Shown piece by piece: positions 25,793 through 32,535 of a stretch of 32,535 bases of DNA (the first letter of the stretch is position 1; each line of letters begins with the position of its first letter). The notes under the pieces are model-generated. The model did not search any database, had not been told where the DNA came from, and saw only the letters and a list, made by a program, of their open reading frames with translations. Source of the DNA: a virus. Location: the IMG/VR virus record IMGVR_UViG_3300004209_000001, positions 1 to 32,535 of that record. One strand, written 5' to 3'. The position numbers were made by a program, and so were the translations under genes.

Positions 25793-26736
25793 TTTGTCAC
25801 CACCAATATTTCTGTTGCAGTTTGCATCTGCTCATCACTTGCAGTGATAGCCCACTTGTGTTGTATTTCATAGAGTTCTGCAGGTCTATGCTGTTGCACT
25901 ATACTCAGAAGTTTTTGTCCATCAATTTGTGGACCGCCAAAACTGAAGATAACTTTTTTTATGTGCATTGATTTCTCAAGAAGTTTATGCAGGAACTTTT
26001 CTGCATCATCAGAGTTGAATTTACTTTTCTCAACATGGAGTTTCTTCTGTACTAAAATGCTGTCGAGTATGTTGTAAAATTCTTCATAACTCTGACTTCC
26101 TGCATAAGGTGGATCAAAATATATCGTATCACCCTGCACACCATCTAAGAAATCAAAAACATCTTTTTGATGAAGCTCGCAGTCTTTGCCATTATCAAAA
26201 ATACCATAGTTGATATGGTCTTTAATCTGTTGTAATGCTCTGACTGGCTTGTACATGTATTTTATGTGTGGCTTGATTACTTTGATATTGCATGTTTCCA
26301 AGTCTTTTGGAATCTTATTAGATAGCATTCCAAATGGTTTATATTTAGCCAAGAACTTAATCAAAAGAAGTTTTTGCAAATCAGTCTTTGCATTGGCAAA
26401 AGCATTATCTACAAACTGAACATCTTTTTCAAGCAAGAGATTTGGATAAGTATCTCTGATGAAATGATTATCAGTCTCCTTGAACAATGCAAATACATCA
26501 TAGTCGGTAAGTTTCGTGTTCTTGTTCTCTATGATTGCTTTGCCGACTATCCTTGACCGCTCAGAGATGTCATTGCAGATTACTTTGAATCCTCTTGCTT
26601 TCGCTAATAAGGAAACACTTCCTCCACCAAGAAATGCATCGATGAATACTTCTCCTTCAGCGTGGCTCATTATTCGTCGTGCAAGTTTTCTCTTTCCACC
26701 AAAATAACTAGGTAACGAATCATATCCTTTCCACAT
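25789..26736 (-). CDS. Dam-family (D12 class) N6-adenine DNA methyltransferase
   Basis: PSYFGGK, FIDAFLGGGSV (SAM-binding), VICND, IYFDPPY (catalytic); start ATG 26736 after GGAGGT. Confidence 0.9.
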   Translation of the reverse strand: MWKGYDSLPSYFGGKRKLARRIMSHAEGEVFIDAFLGGGSVSLLAKARGFKVICNDISERSRIVGKAIIENKNTKLTDYDVFALFKETDNHFIRDTYPNLLLEKDVQFVDNAFANAKTDLQKLLLIKFLAKYKPFGMLSNKIPKDLETCNIKVIKPHIKYMYKPVRALQQIKDHINYGIFDNGKDCELHQKDVFDFLDGVQGDTIYFDPPYAGSQSYEEFYNILDSILVQKKLHVEKSKFNSDDAEKFLHKLLEKSMHIKKVIFSFGGPQIDGQKLLSIVQQHRPAELYEIQHKWAITASDEQMQTATEILVVTK

Positions 26737-26737
26737 T

Positions 26738-26890
26738 TTACACACCTCCTTTTTCTTTCAAATATTCCTGCAGGAAAAAGGGAAAATTATCTTTCCTGTT
26801 TGGTGCTCTGATTCCTTTTTCTTTCGCCCATGTCATTATCACATCAAATGTTTCGGCATAGACGTATCTTCGTTTCAGATCTTTCATCAT
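26738..26890 (-). CDS. Small 50-aa protein, possibly RHH-like
   Basis: Manual translation MMKDLKRRYVYAETFDVIMTWAKEKGIRAPNRKDNFPFFLQEYLKEKGGV; ATGA overlap with the upstream ORF; missed by the track. Confidence 0.55.
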   Translation of the reverse strand: MMKDLKRRYVYAETFDVIMTWAKEKGIRAPNRKDNFPFFLQEYLKEKGGV

Positions 26891-27057
26891 TGTACATCAC
26901 TCTCCTTGCACAAAGGTTGTAGAGCTTCGACTATTTTCTCAAGTTCCACAATCTTTTCTTCATTCTCCACTATCTTCCTTTTCCAGGAAGTGTTATCTTG
27001 TCTGAATGCCTGGATGTCAGCTTTCAGACGGTCTTGCATTTGTTTTGCTTCTCCCAT
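26887..27057 (-). CDS. Small coiled-coil protein (56 aa)
   Basis: Manual translation MGEAKQMQDRLKADIQAFRQDNTSWKRKIVENEEKIVELEKIVEALQPLCKESDVQ; RBS GAGGTG. Confidence 0.6.
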   Translation of the reverse strand: MGEAKQMQDRLKADIQAFRQDNTSWKRKIVENEEKIVELEKIVEALQPLCKESDVQ

Positions 27058-27069
27058 TTTGTTTCCACC

Positions 27070-27270
27070 TCAGTCGATATCAAACTCCTTGGCCTTGCCT
27101 TTGAGTATGAACAGATTTGCTGTATCAATGTGAATTCTCAGAACATCGTCAGGTTTGAACGGCCCTCTTTTCTTTCCAGCAAGATCTTCAAACGATCTGA
27201 CTTTCTTGATGAATCGAATTGTCTTCATCTGTTTCTTTGGATCTGTGATGCCATGAATTTTGAGAATCAT
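27070..27270 (-). CDS. Stand-alone GINS B-domain-like protein (Gins51/Psf1 C-terminal domain)
   Basis: IRFIKKVRSFEDLAGKKRGPFKPDDVLRIHIDTANLFILKGKAKE matches the V+F...VP.F...DG..YGPF...DV..L....A..LI..G.A pattern; ATGA-coupled to the primase stop. Confidence 0.75.
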   Translation of the reverse strand: MILKIHGITDPKKQMKTIRFIKKVRSFEDLAGKKRGPFKPDDVLRIHIDTANLFILKGKAKEFDID

Positions 27271-28385
27271 TGTTGACACCCCTTGCATACCGCTCCACAG
27301 CCTATTGAGTCAAGAAATTCGTGAGTGTACTTGCAACTGACTTTTCCTGTTGTACTTTTTGCACTTGTTTGAATATTGAAATCTTGCAAGTATCCGCCGA
27401 GAACTGCATCATTCCAATCTTTTAGTTTTCTTACTTGATCATCATCGTTTTTGAAATGAGATGCGAGAATAAACAAAGCTCTCTTTCTTCCTTCCGATAC
27501 TTTTGCATATTCTTGACTTAGCAAAAATTGTATGCATGGCTTTGTTGTTGTAGCGACTGGCTTTGTAAAGAAATCATTTAAGTTAGCGTGTCGTACTTTT
27601 GGCTTTCCGATTCCTTTTAATTGCATAAATTCTTTGCATAGCTTGACGATATCTTTTGGAACTGTTAGCTTGAGAGCATTTGCATTATGGCAATAATCAT
27701 GGAATGGAAAGACTGGATATCCTTTGTTTTCTTGATTGAATATTGGTGGGACTAATTTTACTTCTTCAGGAGTATGTCCAAGAAATGTTTTGAATCCGAG
27801 TTTATGCAGACTGCCCTCGCTTCTTATCAAATGGTTTGTGTGATTTAGCTGGAAGTCAATGCAGAGGTCCTTGTAGTTCTTTTCGAGTTTCTTTGCAATA
27901 AATGTGGTGAATTGCTTGATGAATTTCTTTTTAGATCCGAAATGCTCGACTATCTTAATCTGTAATGGCATTTCAAGAGTGTCTTTTAATGATGAATAAT
28001 CTAGGAAGAAATGTGCATGCAGTCCTTTGTTTCCTGAATACCACACATAAGGAACATAATTTAATTCTTTGAGTAAGTGATAGATTGTTCTGAAGTGATA
28101 AACATTCTGCTCGTATTCTTTTGCATCAAAATCAAATACTATCTCATTATCAAGAAGTGTTCTATGGATTGTGTATGCTCTTAGTTTATTGTCTTGTTTT
28201 ATGTCATTCCATTCGACCCTTTTAGTGAAGTATCCTTCTTTGCTTTGTAGACTGACATTAAATTCTGTTATCTGATTTAATGTGTCAAGATACCACATTC
28301 TATGAAATCCTATAGATCTATTTTCTTCATAGATTGGCTCTCCAAGCCAATATTCATCTTCCCAAGGAGGTGAGAAAAGCATCAT
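27267..28385 (-). CDS. priS: Archaeo-eukaryotic primase, PriS-PriL fusion
   Basis: AEP motifs EIVFDFD, YSGNKGLH, CID...LIRSEGSLH; C-terminal KPCIQ...GRKRALFIL...SC...GC...C..C resembling the PriL Fe-S domain. Confidence 0.88.
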   Translation of the reverse strand: MMLFSPPWEDEYWLGEPIYEENRSIGFHRMWYLDTLNQITEFNVSLQSKEGYFTKRVEWNDIKQDNKLRAYTIHRTLLDNEIVFDFDAKEYEQNVYHFRTIYHLLKELNYVPYVWYSGNKGLHAHFFLDYSSLKDTLEMPLQIKIVEHFGSKKKFIKQFTTFIAKKLEKNYKDLCIDFQLNHTNHLIRSEGSLHKLGFKTFLGHTPEEVKLVPPIFNQENKGYPVFPFHDYCHNANALKLTVPKDIVKLCKEFMQLKGIGKPKVRHANLNDFFTKPVATTTKPCIQFLLSQEYAKVSEGRKRALFILASHFKNDDDQVRKLKDWNDAVLGGYLQDFNIQTSAKSTTGKVSCKYTHEFLDSIGCGAVCKGCQQ

Positions 28386-30442
28386 ATTCTCTCAACCTCT
28401 GCCCATTCGTAATGATAGAGAAAATCATTTTTCTCGACAATGAATCCACCTTGTATCAATAAAGAAAGATTGAAGTGCAGTCTTGTCTGATGCATTTCTA
28501 ATCGGCATTTCTCTTTAAGCGCCGTTGGTGTCGCTTTGAATCCAAGATTTGCAAGAGTTCGAAGAATGTAAACTCCTTCCTCAGGGATAAATTTAGATCT
28601 TACTTCTATTGGTATCTTTTGATCTTTGAGAAGTTCATCTATTGTTTGCTTAAACCAACTCTTGATAATTATTGACCAAACTAATTCTGCTTCTTGATAA
28701 TCTTCTTCTATTGCATTAAAATTTGAATCTCTTGTCGTTAAACATCTGACTTTGACAATTCCATCAAGCAAACATTCTAAGTGGTGCAAATATCTCGCTT
28801 CATACAATCCTCTAACAGTCTCACTTAGGAAAGGGACAAACTTATCACATAATTTTACAACTCGTTCTCGTTTGTATTGAGAATCAAAGCTTTGAAGATA
28901 ATCTTGAATACTTAGGAAATCATTTACTTCAATCCACTCTTTTGTAAGTTGAGTGTCTTCTTTCATCTTCTGATGAATGAATTTTACATGATCATCAGTC
29001 TGATAATAAATTAAGAATCTGCTCAGGAATGAATCATCAAACTTATCGACAAGACTGACGATATTATTTGTTCCAGCGATAGGATTAGTGGTTGCCATCA
29101 ATCGTGCAGTCATTGAAGTTCTGATTCTTCCTTGACCACTTCCTGCTTGCCTGTCTTTATGTTCAAGCAAGTCATTCATTCTACCACATTCATCTTCTTT
29201 CTCGTTGATGTTTAATCTAAGAATTCTGAAAAACTCGTCTACAATTACGAGTCTTGAAGCTTTTGCTAATGCTCCCATCTCTGGCCTGTTCTGTTCTTTG
29301 AAACTTGGAATGAGATATTTTAGCGTTGAAGAAGATCCTGCAACTATCTCCTGACTCTCTCCGCTTTTCTGATGAAGTGCTTCTAAGAAACTGCTTTTTC
29401 CCGTTCCCCTATCCGCTATCCATAGGAGATGCATCGGATATGCGGATGTGATTCCTTTCTTCTTGTGAAATAAGAAAGCTGCAATGAATTTGAGAAACCA
29501 TCGTGGATGTTCTAAGATCTTTATACCTTCTGCAGTCTTATGACTTTGAAGATATTCATAGAGCTTGTTTCCTGTAAGTTTTATTTCCTCGCATTTATCA
29601 AATAATTCTTTATGATTTGTTAATTGACAAATGTGACTGTTTGCAGTATGGACAAAGAATACAGGAAACTTGTTTAATAGGCGATAAGCATCTCCGATTA
29701 TTTTAGTATCTTCAACTTCAATGCTTAATCCATGAACGGTGTAATCGTCGAGATTCAGCTTTTCTGTACTAATTAAAACATATTCCTTTGTGTCTTTTGA
29801 TAAGAATCTGTAAAGATAAAACTCTCCGCTAATCTCATCTATAATCTTTGTTCTCTTCGGTATTTTTTGTCCAAAAACATATGCGACATAAGTTTTTTTA
29901 TCTGAATCTTCTTTTGGAGAAATCTCTGCTTTCCATGCAACAGGAAGTTTAATCTTCTTTTGTTCTATCTCTCCAATTACCTTCCCATCTATCCTGTGTT
30001 TATTGGAGATAGTAAATATTAGTGGTTTGTTTTGTGTATCTTCAAAGACGAGTCTTGCAAGATTCTTGACTTGTTCATAGTTTAATGGCTCTGATACTTT
30101 TATTATGCTGTTCTGTGTATTTTTTGCAATTACTGACTGCAAGAATGGATCTTCTATTCCATTCTCCTCTGGAATTGATCTATGAAGTATGTTTGTTGAT
30201 TTGTAATATCTAAAAAATTCTATTGCTTTCTTGAAATCTGCTTTATGTTTTTCTTGTATTGTTAGAAGAAACTTTTCTATTTCTTCAATGACTTTGATAT
30301 TGTTCTTGATGTTTAAGTCTGATGTTGATGGATTTATTTCATAGCTTAACTTAATCAGCACTCCATGAATGTCTGCTTTCTCTTCTTTGCTTACATTCAG
30401 TTTGTCTATGTTTATGAGTTTGAATATGATTTGTTGATCCAC
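28382..30442 (-). CDS. mcm: MCM-family replicative helicase (divergent)
   Basis: Walker A IADRGTGKS, GALAKASRLVIVDEF, ATTNP, Arg finger LSRF, sensor-2 helix EARYLHHLECLLDGIVKVR, C-terminal wHTH. Likely GTG start at 30442 after GAGGT (track start 30487). Confidence 0.85.
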   Translation of the reverse strand: MDQQIIFKLINIDKLNVSKEEKADIHGVLIKLSYEINPSTSDLNIKNNIKVIEEIEKFLLTIQEKHKADFKKAIEFFRYYKSTNILHRSIPEENGIEDPFLQSVIAKNTQNSIIKVSEPLNYEQVKNLARLVFEDTQNKPLIFTISNKHRIDGKVIGEIEQKKIKLPVAWKAEISPKEDSDKKTYVAYVFGQKIPKRTKIIDEISGEFYLYRFLSKDTKEYVLISTEKLNLDDYTVHGLSIEVEDTKIIGDAYRLLNKFPVFFVHTANSHICQLTNHKELFDKCEEIKLTGNKLYEYLQSHKTAEGIKILEHPRWFLKFIAAFLFHKKKGITSAYPMHLLWIADRGTGKSSFLEALHQKSGESQEIVAGSSSTLKYLIPSFKEQNRPEMGALAKASRLVIVDEFFRILRLNINEKEDECGRMNDLLEHKDRQAGSGQGRIRTSMTARLMATTNPIAGTNNIVSLVDKFDDSFLSRFLIYYQTDDHVKFIHQKMKEDTQLTKEWIEVNDFLSIQDYLQSFDSQYKRERVVKLCDKFVPFLSETVRGLYEARYLHHLECLLDGIVKVRCLTTRDSNFNAIEEDYQEAELVWSIIIKSWFKQTIDELLKDQKIPIEVRSKFIPEEGVYILRTLANLGFKATPTALKEKCRLEMHQTRLHFNLSLLIQGGFIVEKNDFLYHYEWAEVERI

Positions 30443-30541
30443 TTTTATGACCTCATTTTTTTGATAGCTATCGCTATCTTCGAGCATTGTTGTTCTTTTC
30501 TTGGGCTTGTTATGTTACCACTAACGAGTTAAGTGATACGA

Positions 30542-30605
30542 AAAACGGGGGAGAGCCACTGTTTTCATTTTCTTTTTCTGATTGCGTATCTCTCTCCCCT
30601 GTTTT
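30542..30605. repeat. 14-bp inverted repeat with G-strings and a 36-nt spacer
   Basis: AAAACGGGGGAGAG (30542-55) and CTCTCCCCTGTTTT (30592-605), 13/14 complementary. Confidence 0.8.
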
Positions 30606-30638
30606 CAACACCACTGAACCTGCAAGTAGTGACATTAT

Positions 30639-31124
30639 TTATCCCTCAATCTTTTCCTCAACGACACCTGGTTGCTCGTCTTCCCATGGATTCACATCGT
30701 TGATAGTGCTTGCTTTGGTTTTCTCTGTCTTGTTTGTTGCTGGATCAGTCCAATCGTATTCGTAATCCTCAACCAAGACTTCTGCTTCTGCTCCAATAAA
30801 GTCATTTGTGTCCAGTCCTTGATTGGAGAATTTCCATCCAAGTGCCATGAACACTTGTGTGATGTTGCTATTCGGTGTTATTGCAGTCCTGTAGCTTCCA
30901 TCATCTTGCTTGTATTCCGAATAGACTTCTGTTGCAAGTTGCAAGAATTTGCCATTTTTCTGATAGCGCTGGTCGATAATGTCAAATATCAGGACAATCT
31001 TTTTTCCAAACTTGCTTTCATTCTTCTTTGGCCTGATTTCTGTTAGTCTTGCGTGATAGAATCCTTTCTTGATGTATGGCCGTTTTTGTGGTACGGCAAC
31101 CTTATCTGATGCTTCAAGTTTCAT
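30639..31124 (-). CDS. Phage single-stranded DNA-binding protein (DUF669-like)
   Basis: IKKGFYHARLTEI...IVLIF...LDTNDFIGAEAEVLV; acidic C-terminal tail; directly upstream of MCM. Confidence 0.7.
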   Translation of the reverse strand: MKLEASDKVAVPQKRPYIKKGFYHARLTEIRPKKNESKFGKKIVLIFDIIDQRYQKNGKFLQLATEVYSEYKQDDGSYRTAITPNSNITQVFMALGWKFSNQGLDTNDFIGAEAEVLVEDYEYDWTDPATNKTEKTKASTINDVNPWEDEQPGVVEEKIEG

Positions 31125-31303
31125 TTTCTTGACCTCCTTTCATCCTTTTTTGGCTTGTCTACTCTTTCAATGCCAAGATCTTCCATGAAGTCGTCGACTT
31201 CTCGGTTGTCTTTTTGTTTCTGGATCTTGTCTTTGGTCTGCTTGTTACGTTTCTGCAGCTCTTTTCGGATTTCATTCTGCTGAGTCATCGTAATCATCCT
31301 CAT
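31121..31303 (-). CDS. Small highly charged hypothetical protein
   Basis: ATGA overlap with the SSB start; K/Q/D-rich. Confidence 0.5.
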   Translation of the reverse strand: MRMITMTQQNEIRKELQKRNKQTKDKIQKQKDNREVDDFMEDLGIERVDKPKKDERRSRK

Positions 31304-31544
31304 CAGAAATGCCTTCCACGAGCTTTTGTCGTAGCTTGCTGTAGCCTTTGAAGTAGCTCTCAGCTCTTTGTAGAATTCTTGCAGTTATTTCTGCTTCCGA
31401 TAGTGCCTGGGCACCTTTTATGAGGTGTATCTCGACATCTATTGCCTTCTTAAAACAGACTTGAAGGCGTATGTCTTGGTCTTTTTTTGCCCATTTATCG
31501 GCTTCGCTTTGCTGGTACTTTTCGACCGTTTGCATGTCTTTCAT
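31272..31544 (-). CDS. Hypothetical early protein with acidic tail
   Basis: RBS GGAGG; first gene of the minus-strand operon; ends DEDDYDDSAE. Confidence 0.65.
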   Translation of the reverse strand: MKDMQTVEKYQQSEADKWAKKDQDIRLQVCFKKAIDVEIHLIKGAQALSEAEITARILQRAESYFKGYSKLRQKLVEGISDEDDYDDSAE

Positions 31545-31789
31545 GGTTTTTCCCTCCTGGTTTTTTCGGTCTCATCCCAGACACTTCGGAGGTCCAAAAC
31601 CACAGATTTTCCACCAGAAATATAGGTCAAAAATGCTTCCTGTGGAACTTCTGTTTTGTTGGACTTGCTATGGCTGCTTTGCAGAAATTCGAAGGTTTTA
31701 GCCTCTATAATGGTCAAAACCGTTTTCCTAACTGCAAAGTGACCTTATAGCGGTTTTTAGAAAATGCGCCATAACTACTGCTTAGTAGC

Positions 31790-31803
31790 GAAACATTTAT
31801 ATA
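31790..31803 (+). promoter_or_regulatory. Archaeal BRE/TATA-like promoter upstream of the right-hand gene
   Basis: GAAACATTTATATA, very similar to the cassette promoter at 19733-19748. Confidence 0.5.
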
Positions 31804-31882
31804 CAAGCTTACCCATTAATAGGTTAGGTGGTTTTAGAAGCCATCGATCTATAATATAATAAAAAACGACCAAGGTGAGAAA

Positions 31883-32535
31883 ATGGTAACATCATTGGAA
31901 AGTATCTTTGATCCAAAAGTGCTGGAAGCAGACAAGAAACAGGTTGAATCAATCCAGTCTGTCGTTCATATGCTAGGCGCAAGGCGAACTATGGGTTCAC
32001 TTGAGAAACACATGAGCCCGGCTCAGAAAGAAGCTTATAGCAAGATGACGGAAGTAGAACAGATCAAGTATCTTGCTGAGAACAACTGGAAACTTGAAGA
32101 TGGAGAGGCACAGAAGAAAGTCGCCGAAGATGTTGTCGGTTCATGGCTTGAATTCTTCTTAGGCGAGATCGGCATGGCTGGTGATTATAAGGCAGCTAAA
32201 GGCGTTCTCGCAGGCAATGGATCACTCGAAGAGAAGAGAAAGGCTGCTCGAAAACTTATGCTTGGAAAACAGGCAGGCCAGAGCTTCTTCGGTTTTGAAT
32301 ATGATCGTATGATCGAGACAATGGAATCGGGCGCAGATCCTCAGCTCGGACTGAGAGTCGCGCAGCAGGCTACCCAGTATAGGGACCACACACTCAAATC
32401 AGAACTCCTTGAAGCGACAAGCGATGAAAAAATCAAAGAAGGCCTTGCTTACGTAGCAACAAAGAAGAACGACTTCAATGCAGATGCTGCTTTCCGCGGA
32501 ATGAAGAAAGAAAAAGCTGGAAGGTTCATACTTAA
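31883..32535 (+). CDS. Hypothetical helical protein, probably host (runs off the window edge)
   Basis: Manual translation MVTSLESIFDPKVLEADKKQVESIQSVV..., open for 217 codons to the end; RBS AGGTGA; visibly more GC-rich than the viral genes. Confidence 0.75.
   Translation, partial: MVTSLESIFDPKVLEADKKQVESIQSVVHMLGARRTMGSLEKHMSPAQKEAYSKMTEVEQIKYLAENNWKLEDGEAQKKVAEDVVGSWLEFFLGEIGMAGDYKAAKGVLAGNGSLEEKRKAARKLMLGKQAGQSFFGFEYDRMIETMESGADPQLGLRVAQQATQYRDHTLKSELLEATSDEKIKEGLAYVATKKNDFNADAAFRGMKKEKAGRFIL

Larger units (their letters stand above)
683..31676 (-). mobile_element. Head-tailed archaeal provirus (siphovirus-like, ~31 kb); boundaries approximate
   Basis: Contiguous co-oriented replication, packaging, head, tail and lysis-like genes with many ATGA/TAATG overlaps, flanked by host-like genes. 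The ends are placed at a weak 8-bp direct repeat, TATGGCTG (683-690, 31669-31676). Confidence 0.85.

Noticed and set aside
31425-31750. Short ORFs on both strands in the right-end spacer as a possible repressor or excisionase
   Set aside because: No HTH or recombinase motif, no RBS, and they overlap a better-supported gene.
1-32535. tRNA, CRISPR array, IS element, intein or diversity-generating retroelement
   Set aside because: No cloverleaf, regularly spaced repeats, transposase, intein motifs or reverse transcriptase were seen by eye; tRNAscan-SE and CRISPR finders were not run.

Overview
The window is almost entirely one head-tailed (Caudoviricetes-type, HK97-fold, siphovirus-like) archaeal provirus of about 31 kb (~690-31670), read on the minus strand. 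It lies between a chromosomal-type orc1/cdc6 gene (left, truncated) and an unrelated host-like hypothetical gene (right, truncated). In transcription order it has: an SSB, an MCM-like helicase, a fused PriS-PriL primase and a stand-alone GINS B-domain protein; a Dam-family methylase and a ParB-like protein; TerS, TerL, a portal-MuF fusion, protease, scaffold, decoration protein and two tandem paralogous capsid proteins; then head-tail joining genes, tail tube, chaperone with a candidate -1 frameshift, tape measure, hub, tail fibre and holin-like genes. A plus-strand ArsR-SHOCT-DsrE cassette with its own promoter interrupts the head operon. The Cdc6 sequence style, fused primase, archaeal TATA/BRE promoters and GGAGGTGA ribosome-binding sites suggest a DPANN (Woesearchaeota-like) host; this is inference, not a database result. 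I could not see an integrase, repressor, DNA polymerase, tail sheath, endolysin, tRNA or CRISPR array. The most notable items are the stand-alone GINS B-domain gene in a polymerase-less viral replication module, two (possibly three) capsid-fold paralogs, and apparent integrase-free residence next to host cdc6. All family calls come from motif recognition by eye.
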